Origin: Pavona decussata
Lineage: Eukaryota
Assembly (NCBI GenBank): GCA_977016875.1
Contig: CDRNST010000167.1
Location: forward strand, 1-64,000
DNA: 64,000 nucleotides
Direction: 5' to 3'
In this document: positions 1-12,402 of the stretch, in pieces
Layout: every line of letters begins with the position of its first letter
How positions within the stretch are numbered: position 1 is the first letter of the stretch
Program-made: the position numbers and the translations under genes
Notes under the pieces: model-generated
Told to the model about the DNA's origin: nothing
The model's input: the letters and a program-made list of their open reading frames with translations, nothing else
The model's database searches: none

Positions 1-701
1 TGATTTTAGTTGGGGATCCATTTGGGGAAGTTTTTACGAAAACCTTTCCATGGATGGTCCTGGCTTGGTCATCCACCATGTTTGCTTCGCCTGCCTCAGA
101 TGCAGATGATTGGGTATTGGGTTTTTTCTTTACTGTGGGAGACTCTTCCGAGGATCCCCGCTCTCCTCGTTTCTTCTTCTTGTTATTTGTCATTAACTCC
201 AGCTCTTAAATCTCCAATACATTCTTTTGAGGAAAGGGAAATTGAGCCATTCAAAAAACACGTCTACCTTCACAGACTCTGCATATGTCTATCATTGCTG
301 CAGGCTATTGTTTTTCTGTCTGTTTTTTTTTAGCCGGACCATTACTTGATAATATTGATAAGTGCTGTATTTATATCATTCTTTCAGTAAGTGGATTGAT
401 GTTACTATTTACCTTTTCACTCAATAAGGTTTTGAATTTTTAACAAAAGCTGGTAATAGTGGTATTTTCAGATGTCAGTTCCTGTATTTAGCTCTGAGTA
501 TCCATTTGTCTAGTTCAGTTTTTCAAAATACTTGTAATTTTTTCATAGGCACCTTGAAAATATTGCAACTAATTGTATTTCCATGTCTGGGATAGTCTAG
601 ACTATGAAAAAGATTTTCTAACAATTTATTATATATTTTTGTCTTAGGAGTGTTACCTGGTGTGATTTCTGACAGTTCCTTGAAACACTCCAAAACAGAT
701 C

Positions 702-878
702 TGTTACGATTCCATTTGAAATTATACTCAGACAAAGGTAGTAGGAATCACACTTTAATAAAAGATAGCTATTTTGACTCCAGCGGCGTACAAGAAGCAT
801 AATCGAGCACGGGGAGTTTACTAAACCTGATAGGCTTTCTCAAGTCACGTGACGAATGCATTACATAATAACGTTACA
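702..878 (-). repeat. 3' LTR of Gypsy A (177 bp, TG...CA)
   Basis: Minus strand reads TGTAACG...CGTAACA, preceded by purine tract aagaaggaaagg (879-890). Aligns to 9947-10066 plus 14072-14110 with roughly 13% mismatches by eye. Confidence 0.9.
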
Positions 879-1219
879 CCTTTCCTTCTTTAGAAAACGA
901 AACTGAACTGTAACAAAAGGTAAAAAAATATACGAAAACGCACTAAAATAATTAACAAAAGGAAGATAAGTCTAGCTCTAAACATAGTCTTTCAAGTAGC
1001 TAGGGGGGGCAACTAGAGCGTCCGCCACGAGTAACTGCACTCTTCTTCTGACACTCAGCTGGGAATGGAGCTGGACTGACAACTTGAGGTTCTGGGTCTG
1101 ATTGCTTGCTGGACAATGTGGTTGGGGGACCTGTGCTGTTCTGTGCTGGTTCTTGTTCTGTGTAGACTTTGGGTGGAGGACTGTTCAGAACTGGAATTGG
1201 AATTTCAACTTCAGCATCA

Positions 1220-3797
1220 TTAGCCATGAAGGGTTCTTTCGACTGTCGACTGTCTATGCTTCCTTCGGAACAATCTGCCATCTTCAGTTCTTACAGCATA
1301 GGATCTGACATCAGCTTGTTTCTCAACTTGGGCCTTGGTCCATGTCTTCTTTCCATTTGCGGCTTGCGGCTTCATTCGTACAACATCACCCTCATCAAGA
1401 CTTGGAAGTTCTTTAACATTTCGGTTGAAATAACGTGTCTGAACTTCTTTCCTTTGCAGCTTTCTCTCTCTGACATCCCTGACTAACTGGGGTTCCAGGA
1501 GTTCTTTCGAGGTTGGCAGCAGTATTCTGATACGCCTTCCGAACATCTGCTGTGCAGGTGAACTTTTCGTATCTTCAGTCAGGGTATTCTGCCAATCAAC
1601 CTAGGGCAAGCTGAAACTCTGAGTTGGTACTGACAGCTTTCATCGTCAAATTCTTGGATGTCTTTACTGCATTTTCAACTTTTTCGTTGCTCTGCAAATA
1701 CTCGGGTTAACTGGTGATGTCTTCGAACTCGTACATTGTGGCAAAAGCTGAAAATTCGTTCGAATTGAAGGGTGGACCATTGTCACTGTGGAATGTAACT
1801 GGCATTCCATGTGTGGCGAAGCGTTTCTTTCACTTTCCAATCACTGTGGCTCCTGTCCTTGCCTTGTGTAGCTCATCAATCTCGAAGTAATCTGCATTAT
1901 AGTCGACTGTGCACAGGTATTCGCAGTTATTGGATGTGAATACGTCGCAGCCAATCTTTTCCCAAGGGCGTTGTGGGATTTCATGGCAAATTAAAGGCTC
2001 TTTCTGTTGGGCAGGCTGAAAGGTATTGCAGGTTTCACACCTTGAGATGAATTCTTCCAGTGCTCTGTTCATGTTAGGCCAATATACAACTTCTCGTGCC
2101 CTTCTCAAACAGCCTTGAATACCGATATGGGATCAGTGTAGCTTTTCTTTGATCTTGGGTCTCAGACTTAATGGGATGACACACTTTGGACCCTTGAAAA
2201 TGACACCTTCTTGAGCAGCCAACTCGTTTCTGACTTTGAAGAAGTGGTGGAGCTCTGTAGGTAGGCTTTCTTTATAGCTGGGCCATCCATTCAGTATCAC
2301 TGCTTTCAATGACTGCATGACAGGGTCTTTGACAGTTTCCTCACGGATTTCGTGAATCTGAGGCTCGGATACTGGCAAGAAATTTACAGAATTGATTCTC
2401 TCTACTTCCTGATCTACCTCTCTTGGATGGTGTTCCTGTGGTAGGTATGCTCTGGAAAGTGTATCGGCAAGATACATCTCGGGACCACGCCTGTACTTGA
2501 TTTCTACGCCATACTGCATTAGCCTCATCAACAGGTGCTGTAATCTTTTTGGAGCAGCAGCGAGAGGTTTCTTAGCAATCATCTCCAATGGCTTGTGGTC
2601 TGTGCACAGGGTAACTCTTCCGCCCTATACATATTGATGATTATGCTCCATGCCAAACACTCGCCCAAGAAATTCTTTCTCGATATGTGAGTAGTTTTAC
2701 TCAGCTTTTGTCAAAGATCTGCTAGCATATGTTACAGGTTGACCTTTCTGTATGAGCGCAAAGCCGATTCCTTTCTCTGAGGCATCACCTTCTCCTTCTG
2801 TAGGTTCACTTGGAGTGAAGAACTCCAAAACTGGAGCGGTAGACACAGCTTTCTTGATCTTTACAAAGGAATCTTCTTGCTCTTAAGGTCACTCCAAGGG
2901 AGCATCTTTATGTGCCAGTCTGCAAAGGGGCTCAGCCATATCAGACAGGCCATTTAGGAATCTTGAGAGGTACTTGACTGTGTTAACAAAGCGCTGTACG
3001 GCTTGAACATCTTCAGGTTTAGGCATGTTGCAGATAGCCTCTGCCTTTTGGGGATCGGGTTTCAATCCTTCGCTGGTTAGCAAGTGACCGATGAATGGAA
3101 CTTGGGAGCATTTAAACAGGAACTTCTCTCTATTGAGCTTAATGTTCCTAGGAGGTTTCGTAAGTTCCTATCATGGTCCTGCGATGCTGCTGACAGGGTA
3201 TCACCCTTTCCTGTAATCAGCAGGTCGTCAAAGATTCTGTGTACACCACGTAGCCCTTCTGAATTCTGATCAAGTTTTTGCTGAAACAGCTTGGGGCAGG
3301 TGAAATTCCAAACGGCATTCATTTTCAGCAATAGCGTCCCCACGGTGTCTGGAAAGTGGTCAGCAAAGATGACTTGTTGTCGAGCTTGATGTGCAGAAAA
3401 CCATCTTTAAGATCTGCTTTACTGAAGACGTTCACATCGGCTAATTTGGGAAGAACATCTTCTATCACAGGCAGTGGGTAGTGCGACCGCTTCAATGCCT
3501 GATTCAGATTGATTGGGTCGATGCAGATCCTCAATTTCCATTGGGCTTTTCAACCACTGCGAGACTTGACACCCAGTCCATAGGCTCCTTTACTTTGCGA
3601 ATCATTTCTATACCTTCTCCACGATTTACCTCAGATTTCAATTTCTCTTTGAGTGCAAATAGGACTCGGCGAAGTGGATTGATCACTGGTGTGACTGTCT
3701 TGTCAATTTCAAGGTGAGGTTTTCCTTTCATGCAACCCTGTCCTTTGAACACATCTCCAAATTCATCATTCACTTGATCCAGGGTAAGGCTTCCAGC
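1220..3797 (-). pseudogene. pol: Gypsy A pol (RT-RNaseH-integrase), fragmented
   Basis: ORF pieces 3531-3851, 3325-3534, 2889-3083, 2133-2588, 1830-2108 and 1220-1546 carry RT, RNase H (ADTLSRA), zinc-binding (CETC) and integrase motifs. Confidence 0.9.
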
Positions 3798-3938
3798 TAT
3801 CAAATCGAAGAGACATGATGAGACCATGCATGTAAAACGTTTAATCCACAAGTGAGTTATTTTACATATTCAGTAGTTGTATGAACTCTTAGGCGTTGGG
3901 CACATGGAATTCCCTAATGACATTCCACACATTGTACA
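3798..3938 (-). repeat. 3' LTR of Gypsy B
   Basis: Direct repeat of 8374-8514; adjacent PPT reads aaaggggga on the minus strand. Confidence 0.95.
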
Positions 3939-4023
3939 TCCCCCTTTGCAAAATGAATAACAACACAAACAAACCGAATATAGTCTGTAGAAAACTAATG
4001 ACAAGGAAAGAAAATAAATATTC

Positions 4024-7000
4024 TTAAAGTGCTATCTCAATAGTCAATAAATCTGGTCCTTGAATAGTCAAATACAGTTCAGTCCTTAAATTGTCAAGTG
4101 ACAAAGTCTTTGAACTTTGGGTTCGGTCTTGAAACTCTTCCAGACCTGGTGACGACGACTCGTGGCCTTTCAGCATCGTGATTTCGGGACACAGGAACAT
4201 CTGACGTGGTTGTCCTAAGTTGGGATCTGACAGGCGTCCCTGTAGGGAACTGCTGGGCATTAGAGATTGGTGACTTCTCTGGTGCCGATCTTGGGGGGTG
4301 ACAGGTGGTGAAGGAGGAAATTCAGGAAACGCAGGAACAGAACGCTGAGCAGGAACTGGTTCTGGAACAGCCAGGAGATGCCTGCGGTTTCTGCGGTACT
4401 CTTTTCCTTCAACCAGTACGATGTAAGATCGGAGCAGTGCAGCAGGTTGTTTTATAACGCCAGGCTTCTCATGACCCTTGTTGGTCTGAAGTCTCACGAC
4501 CTGCTGTGCTTTCAGAGGTGGTAGAGGTCGAGCACACTGATCTTAGAAGGTTTTCTGCTGTTGGCGTTTCAACTCTACATGTGAAGATACATGCTTGTTG
4601 TCGAGGGCGGTGGGGGCAAGAAGTTTCTTCCCAACAGGAAGAACACCTCTGGTTCGTCTAGACATCAGTTGCTGAGCTGGAGATCGCAGGGTTTGGTCTC
4701 TAGGGACATTCCTGAGGTTGAGTAGACCAAGCAGGGGGTCAGTCTTGCATTTCTCCAGCAGCTTCTTGGCTTGTTTAACTGAATTCTCCTCAAGGCCATT
4801 GGATTGAGGGAAGTACGAACTGCTAATAATGTGTTCGAAACCCCTTTTGTTGGTGAAGCTTTCAAATTCCCTGCTCGCAAATTGAGGGCCATTGTCGGTG
4901 AGTAGCTTGCATTGAATCCCATGAACAGCAAAGTGACTCTTCATCATCTTAATCACAGTTTTGGAGCGCAAATCACGGAGGGTGTTCATCTCAAACCAAC
5001 CGGAGTAGGAGTCGACAAGAATTAAGTACTGCATTCCATTCCAGTCAAATATGTCTGCGCTCACAAAGGACCAAGGGAGGTCTGGGACCGGGTGAATAAG
5101 AAGCGGTTCTTTCTGTTGGTGGGCATTGGTACTATTACAGGGATGGCATGTGGCTATTGCAGAGTCAATGTCGAGCGTCATGGAGGGCCAATAGACAATG
5201 TCTCGTGGTCTTCTTTTTGTAGCATCTGCGCCAGGGTGTCCCTTGTGGAGCTGTTCGATATATTCTTTACGCAGCGTCTGTGGAACCACAACTCGGAGAC
5301 CTTTCATGATGATTCCGGTGTCAACAATTAACTCATCTTTCATCAGGAAATAGGGTCTTATTTCCGAAGGTATGCTCTTGACTTTTGATGGCCAGCCCTC
5401 TGTGATGAAGTGGGCTACCTTCTGCATGACGGGATCTGCAAGGCTGTGTTTTTGTAGTTGTTCCATGCGTGCAGGAGAGATTGCAGTGAAACACATGACG
5501 TCGAGTTGATTGTGACTTTCAGCGCCAGGCTCTTCATTAATGTAGGCGCGTGACGGCGTGTCTGCCATGTAAAGTTCTGTTCTTTTCTTGTAAATGAACT
5601 TCAAATTGTATCTCTTAAGTTGTAGAAGCATACGTTGAAGATGGGCAGGGGTTGTGTAAGAGGCTTGTTTATGATTGCAGTAATAGGCTTGTGATCGGTT
5701 TCAATGATGGCCTCCCAACCATAGATGAAATCCTTAAACTTTCTGCGTGCAAATGACGCAGCAAGCAGTTCCTTTTCGATCTGCGCGTACGGAGTTTCTG
5801 CTTTGATTAATGCATGTGAAGCGTACGCTACAGGGAACCCATCTTGCAGGCATGCAGCACCAAGATTACTCTTTGAGGCATCAACAGACAGTGTGACAGG
5901 CTTGGAGGGGTCGAGGAACTTCAGGACCGGTGCTTGAGAGATGTCTTCCTTCAGAATTTCAAACGCTTGTTGCTGCAGTGTCTGCCCACTCCAGAGTGTG
6001 TCGTTTCGTAACAATTTACGTAGTGGTGCCGTCTTCTCACTAAAATTGCTGATGAACTTGTGCAGGTAATTAATCATGCCAAGAAATCAGCGCAATGCAT
6101 CTGGGCCGTCAGGGGATGGCATATCTTTAATTGCAGTAACCTTAACTTCATCAGGCTTGAGACCACCCTTTGTAAATGGCCAACGTAGGAAACTCGATTA
6201 AGGCGGAACTTGCATTTCTTTGGAGTTAGCTTCAAATCAACTTCTCGTGCTCTCTCCAGTACTCCCTTTAGATTTGCATCATGTTCGACAGTTCCTTCGC
6301 CCCATACTAGCAAGTCCTCCACAATGATAGCACATGGGTAACCAGCAAACAGTTCTTCCATCGCACGCTGAAAGACTTCTGATGGTGAGGTAATGCCAAA
6401 CGGCATGCGGAGGAATCTGTATCTCCCAAATGGATCCAACTTTATCTGCCAGAAACCACTCCTTGAGTCAAGCGTAGAGAATACCGTGGCATTGGGCATG
6501 CGTGAAGCAACATCTTCAACTGTCCTCATGGGATGATGAGGTCTATTCAGGGCCCTGTTGAGATCTCTATGATCGATGCAGATACGAATGCTGCCGTCCT
6601 TCTTTTTCGTGGCCACCATTTGTGAAACCCATTCGGTCGGCTCGGATACGGGAGTAATTCCTCCAATCTTAACCATCCTCTCGAGTTCTCTCTTGACACT
6701 TTCTTCCTTTGCAAGAGGTAATTTGCAGGCTGGTCTGACAACAGGAATTGCATTGAAATCGAGTTTCATCTTGTAAACGACGGGTAGATTGCCAAGGTTG
6801 CCTTGAAATAAATCCTTGTATTCGTCAAGCATTGTTGTGCGAAATGTGTCAGCAGTCTCAACTTCATGGACTTCACTGTGTAATTGTATGAGATTCAAGC
6901 TTGAAGAATCTACGAGACCAAGTAGCGGTGATACTGGTTTGTCCACGACAGGAAATTCCATGATGCGATCTGTGGACTCCAAATGGCAATCGAAATTTGC

Positions 7001-7150
7001 TGTGTAGTGTTATGAAATTGTCTCCACCATACACAAATAGCTGCTCTGATCCTGACTTATTGATTTCACCACGACGAATCCTTTTGAATAGATCCAGTGT
7101 GATGACATTGCATTTGGTGCCAGTGTCAATTTTCGGCTCAACTTGTTTGC
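4024..7150 (-). pseudogene. pol: Gypsy B pol (PR-RT-RNaseH-IN), frameshifted
   Basis: KIDTGT protease near 7120. RT 6074-6982 (IRICID, MPFGI, IVED in place of IVDD). RNase H 5601-6077 (DASK, YAQIEKE, TDHKP). IN 4543-5631 (H..GH, C..C, VDSYS, TDNGPQF, QSNG). Confidence 0.93.
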
Positions 7151-7399
7151 CATTGATTTCTTTATTGTATAAATCTCAACTCATGTACGTGCAGTTGGGA
7201 ATCCTTCTGCGATAGAGGGCCAGACTGCTAACATCTTGAATTTGCGAACATGACTTTGAGCTTGATGCTCAACGAGTTTGCCTACAAATTCTAAAGGTCT
7301 CTGAAGAGTCTCTTGGCCGAGACGAAACGCCACGTCAGACTAGCCACAAACAATTCACAAGTATTTGGTTTCCATTGTGCAGTAAATTTCACCCTTGGG

Positions 7400-8289
7400 T
7401 TTCGACCTTGGAGATTCAGTAACAGCATCGACAGGATAGACTTTATTGATGTGATGCCTGTGATTTGGTCGTTGAGCGGTGAAGCTTCATCGAGTGCTTG
7501 AATGTCTTGCGAAACGCTTGGAGCGACAGACTTCCTCGAAATGATTGGCCTTTCCACAGTGAAGGCAATCTCTACTGTAAGCTGGGCAGGATTTCTGCCT
7601 GGGTGCATGGTCACCTCCACAATTTTGAGTGTTGGGCTTCGATTTGGCTTGTTTCGGGAAAAATTTTTGGCCTTTGCCATGTTTGCCAATACTGTGAATT
7701 TCTTCTTTAGTAGATGCGGCTTTGCTTGCGAGTTCGATGTTGTTTCTGTCAGATAACTTGTTAAGAATACCGATTTCAATAGCGCGATCAAGTGTGAGAG
7801 CTCTTTCTTTCAAAAGCTGCTTTCTGACATGCGAAGAAGCGACTCCGCATACTATCTTGTCACGAATGAGATCAGCCTTCAAAGTTCCATACTCGCACGT
7901 ATTTGCCAGGATTTTCAGATCGGCTACAAAAGACTGAAACGGTTCGCCTTCTTTCTGCACTCTTGTGTTGAATTTGTGCCTTTCCATAATGACATTCCCT
8001 CTAGGATCGCAGATTTCTGCTAATTTGCGTTTTAGAACGGCGATACTTTTGTGAGATTCTGCCGGGACGTGAACAGTAGTACCGTTCATTATGCGGGCGC
8101 GTAGACGAACAATTTCTCCTTCTCAGTCGCTTCTCTTCCAGCTAGATTCAAGAAGATGTATGCTTTTGTCTTGTTATTCTTGTCTCCATGTGCAGCGGCG
8201 ATAAATATTTTTACTTCTTGTATGAAGTTTTTCCAGTTTAGCGCAATGTTTCCCTTGAAACTGAGTGGCTCGGGTTTTTTGAAGTCCAT
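7400..8289 (-). pseudogene. gag: Gypsy B gag with CCHC knuckles
   Basis: MDFKKPEPLSF..NWKNF start; ERHKFNTRVQKEGE; LIRDKIVCG; CLHCGKANHFEEVC. One in-frame disruption at about 8089. Confidence 0.9.
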
Positions 8290-8360
8290 CTGCTATGTTG
8301 AGGACTGTTGTTATATCCAGGAATGCAACCGGACGATGCGGATTTTACTTCTGATTTTTT

Positions 8361-8373
8361 ACTTCTGACACCA
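8361..8373 (-). promoter_or_regulatory. Primer-binding site, tRNA-Leu(CAA)-like (Gypsy B)
   Basis: Minus strand TGGTGTCAGAAGT abuts the LTR and is complementary to the 3' end of eukaryotic tRNA-Leu(CAA), ...CCCACTTCTGACACCA. Confidence 0.85.
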
Positions 8374-8514
8374 TATCGAATCGAAGAGACATGATCAGAC
8401 CATGCATGTAAAACGTTTAATCCACAAGTGAGTTATTTTACATATTCAGTAGTTATATGAACTCTTAGGCGTTGGGCACGTGGAATTCCCTGGTGACATT
8501 CCACACATTCTACA
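8374..8514 (-). repeat. 5' LTR of Gypsy B
   Basis: Direct repeat of 3798-3938, flanked by the PBS and the TSD CCAGC. Confidence 0.95.
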
Positions 8515-8519
8515 CCAGC

Positions 8520-9863
8520 GATCGTGCTGACTTGTTGAATATTCTCATGCTGCACTGTCACTAGATTCATTTGCTGAGTGAGTGAGTGAGATCCAATCAG
8601 TGGTGTGTGATCTCCCTTCACGACAACAAATTCGACATTGCACTTTTTGTTGTTCTTGGGGTTGCGCATGCTTACTCGACATGTTCCTAAAACTGGCATG
8701 GTAGATTTGCTGTACAACTTCAAGGTACGGTCAGACTCAACAATGTTTGTTCCGGACAGAACAAACTTCTGTGGCAAGACATTACATGAAGCTCCTGTGT
8801 CAATCTGCATTTGGACACTTTTTTTTTTGCAATTTCCATTGTAGCGACGATTCTCTTTCTAGGAAGGCTGTCTTCGTTTACCGTGTGCACTCTTCCTTCA
8901 CTCGAGTCAAAGGTTACAGACAATAATTCTTCTTTGGAGGAATAATCCGGATCGACCATGTTAACACCGTTCCGTGATCGGCCACTTCTACAGGGCACAC
9001 TCTTGCACATTTCGGCAAAATGGTTTGGTTTGCTGCAAGAACCGCACACTCTTCCAAATGCAGGACATTTGTTGCGTTGCTTGATGTGACTTCTACCGCA
9101 GTGTTTACAACACTTCAACAGATCTTCTTTAGGCTTAGTTACGTTCTTGTTTGAACCTTTGTCGTGTCGTTTCGGTGGCGCTTTAGATTTTTTTGCCTGT
9201 CTAAGGCATTCACAGAATCAACTGGCGTGCCGGTACTTGTTGATACTCCGCTGATCACCTTAGATGAGTGCTGGTGGCTTAGGCTGATCTGCAAATAACC
9301 AAACACTTTTCAAGCAACAACTTAGGCTCTTGTAACAGCTTTCGTCGAATTTGGTTCCCGGTGATACCACAGACAAGGTGATCGCGAATCATTTCATCTT
9401 TCAAAACACCAAATTCGCACGTGGCTGCCAAAGCTCGCAGTGCCATTGCGTAGACATTGATGGATTCGTGAGGCTCTTGTTTTCGGTTGTTGAACAGATA
9501 ACGCTCATTAATAATATTTGTCTGGCCAATACAATGAGAGTTCTATAGATCTCGTCTTCAGAGCGAAACAGTAAACCATTGTGTACTTCAAGCACTTCGG
9601 CGCCAATCTGCGTGATAAAGGTCACCACACGAAATTTACTTTCCTTTTCGTTTAGCCTCGTTATGGTTTTTACATACATCCCAGACTTGCTTCCATTTTT
9701 TCCAGTTATCGGAGAGTTTGCCTTTTAATTCCAGCCATCCTAGTGGAGGTACATTCGTTGTAAAAGTCGGCAAAGAAACTTGCTGTGTTGAACCAGCGGA
9801 TGGCAAAGAGACTTGCTGTGTTGAACCAGCAGTCGAGTCAGAGGCGGCAGAGTTTTCCGTCAT
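8520..9863 (-). pseudogene. gag: Gypsy A gag-protease, fragmented
   Basis: NWKKWKQVW N-terminus; knuckles CKHCGRSH and CGSCSKPNHFAEMC; protease QIDTGASCNV. A 33-bp tandem duplication (AGSTQQVSLP x2) lies at about 9771-9831. Confidence 0.88.
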
Positions 9864-9933
9864 TTCTCGATTTTACAGGTCAGTTGTGAAGGTTTCTATC
9901 TGTAGTTCAAGGACAACTTAGATAACTTAGAAG

Positions 9934-9946
9934 ACTTCTGACACCA
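9934..9946 (-). promoter_or_regulatory. Primer-binding site, tRNA-Leu(CAA)-like (Gypsy A)
   Basis: acttctgacacca immediately before the LTR copy at 9947. Confidence 0.85.
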
Positions 9947-10066
9947 TGGCACGATTCCACTTGACATTATACTCAGACAAAGGTAGTAGGAATCAGACTT
10001 TGATGAAAGATAGCCATTGTCACTCCAGTGGCTTACAAGAACGATAATCGAGCACATGGAGTTTAA
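9947..10066 (-). repeat. 5' LTR of Gypsy A, proximal part
   Basis: Matches 702-821 up to gagttta; the remainder resumes at 14072. Confidence 0.9.
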
Positions 10067-12402
10067 GTAATGCTTCGCGTAAGAACTACTGCAAGAACAA
10101 TAGGCTTGGTGAAGCGGAAGCCATTCGAATATTCAGGCTGATCCAATTAGTTGTGACTGTGTTATTGGCTAAAAGGTTGTTAAGCGTGAATTTCAAATTA
10201 TATTTTTAAAATGCTGGGTAATAACAAAGACTTTCTGGTACAAACAGCAGTATGTTTCAATTCAATGTACCCTTTGTTGTCAGGCGACTTTGCGCTGAAT
10301 TTGTATCTGCGGAAACGTTTCAAAATACTTTCCAAGTAGGTTTTGCTCAATCGATCGTGTAAAACTAGACCATTTCTGGCCAGAGTTTGCCACCTCATTG
10401 AAAGAAGATCCTCAAACCGTGAGATAGCGCAAGTGAAAGTTCTGGCCGCAACTGGGAAGGAAACACATGCGTTCTGAGTTTCACTGACGGTGCTGTGGCT
10501 TCATTTCCACGTTAATGGTCCAGTTTTTTATCTTTGTTCACAACCGTCCAGGCTGTCCACTTAAAACAAGAGACATAAGACCAGCGACTTTTGCTTTCCT
10601 TTTCGTTGAAAGCGTCCATTGGAGTCGGCATATGAAGAGAAGAAAAGTGTAAAGAGACCGAATGTTCCTAACACAGTATGTTTTTACTTACTTTATCATT
10701 CATCACGTACATATCTGGCGGTTCTTTCTGCACTAAGCATTGTGCACAGGATTTCAAGACCCATGTCAATATATTCATTTGCCGCCAAATTCTCACATTT
10801 ACTGCTTATGTTTCGCAGGAAACATGTCTAATGCGAATTTACGGAAAAAAATCAGCCATCCAAGGATAGATGCGAGCATTCGAAGTATTGAACTTCAAGG
10901 TAATTTCAATCTCTTTAGGCGTACAAGAAGCCACGGCCGCAGTTTATACGATCAAAGCATTAGCCGCTGGTTCTGCCCTTCTGCCCCTTGATCATACACG
11001 AATGGCAGATAGGCTTCACATAACAAGGGACGCGTTTAAAAGAATCAGGGCAGTAATCACCTCGAACACCGACTAGATTGAGAACGATAAAACAAGAGCT
11101 CACAGAATCTTTTTCGTATAACCAAATTCGTTCGTACTAGCTTGTGTGATAGGGAAACTTGAAATGTAGTAATGTGAGGCTCCATTTAGCACAAGTTAAA
11201 ATATCGTTGGGGATGGGGTGAGAGATAGTAACTTTGCGTACCTTTTTTATTTCACGGCTACTGTACAAGAGTGATTATTTTTAGGTTGTTTGGCTGTATG
11301 TGATCTTTTTTACTCGCGACAAATATAAATCTTAAAAATGGGATGAAGAAAATTTTTTGCGCTTCCTATGTCCCACCCCCTACCCCTCCCCCACCATCGC
11401 CAGTAGTTTGCCTGAGAGTGATTTCATTGTCGTAAATGAAGTAAAAAAATGTAATTCACCCTCAGCTCAGTATTGAAAGAATGAAGCACTTTTGTCGTTA
11501 CCACTTGTCCAGCTGTCCTTATCTTACCTACATGATTGCTATGTAAGTGACATTTTTTTGCTATCATTGGATTGAAATAAAGGAATTTCAGTGTAACTGA
11601 GTGTTTCTTTGGAATGTCTTACACATGAGAAGGGAAAGCGGTTCATGATTACTTTTCATTCCATGCAACGGACACAATCATTTCCACTTTCTAACACAAC
11701 AATTTATTTCATTCACTTACCCTAGCAAATGTTACGATAAAAATGGCCAAATCAGCCAAATTATTTCCTGGTACTTCCATTTCCACAAAAATTAACACAC
11801 ATCAAAATTAGGAATGTGTATGTCCAAAATGTAATATCATTTTCAAAGAAATAAATTTTTCAAAAAGTTGTTCCTTTGAATTTTGTGAATAATTATTCAC
11901 ACTGGACATGACAGCAACCGGCAAAATAACAAGCTGCCGCTGAACACGGTCTGAATTCTCATTTTTGTGGCTGTAATGTTTGACAACATGAAAAAAATGC
12001 ATTTTATGCATATTAGTTCATATATAATTTCCACCTTAAGCAAACTTTCAGCACCATGAAATGCAATCAACACTGCATGTAGGTTCCCATCACAAACAAC
12101 AATTTTGTGTCAAGATGAATTTGCCCTGTTCATCATAGGCCATTGACAGTGACAGTGTTAACAGACTTATAACTCAAATATTTTACAGCTGCAATTTTTG
12201 CTTTCTGTTACAGCTTAGGTACATGTGAAGTTGTATAGAGTGTGTTCATGATGACCGTATTAGAGGAGTAAAACAATAGAATGATTTTTCTTTGGAGAAA
12301 AATTTTGAGTTTTATGCAAATGTCTTTTACTGTTTGGCTCCTCCAATGTGGCCACCATGAAAACACTATAGAAGGGACCTATCAAGCTTATTGTGTGATA
12401 TG

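Larger units (their letters stand above)
3798..8514 (-). mobile_element. Ty3/Gypsy LTR retrotransposon B, full-length, nested in A
   Basis: 141-bp LTRs at 3798-3938 and 8374-8514 (7 mismatches counted). Exact 5-bp TSD CCAGC at 3793-3797 and 8515-8519. PBS 8361-8373, PPT 3939-3947. Removing B rejoins the A frame ...QQVSTIAG|SLTLDQ... Confidence 0.96.

Noticed and set aside
1-701. Possible coding remnant continuing at 14111-14500 as the Gypsy A target
   Set aside because: No recognisable motif, and the outer LTR end and TSD are lost, so the link cannot be shown.
10380-10480. PHD-like remnant (MCFLPSCGQNFHL...KW) on the minus strand in the TTAA element
   Set aside because: Too few conserved Cys/His and stops nearby; not supportable without a profile search.
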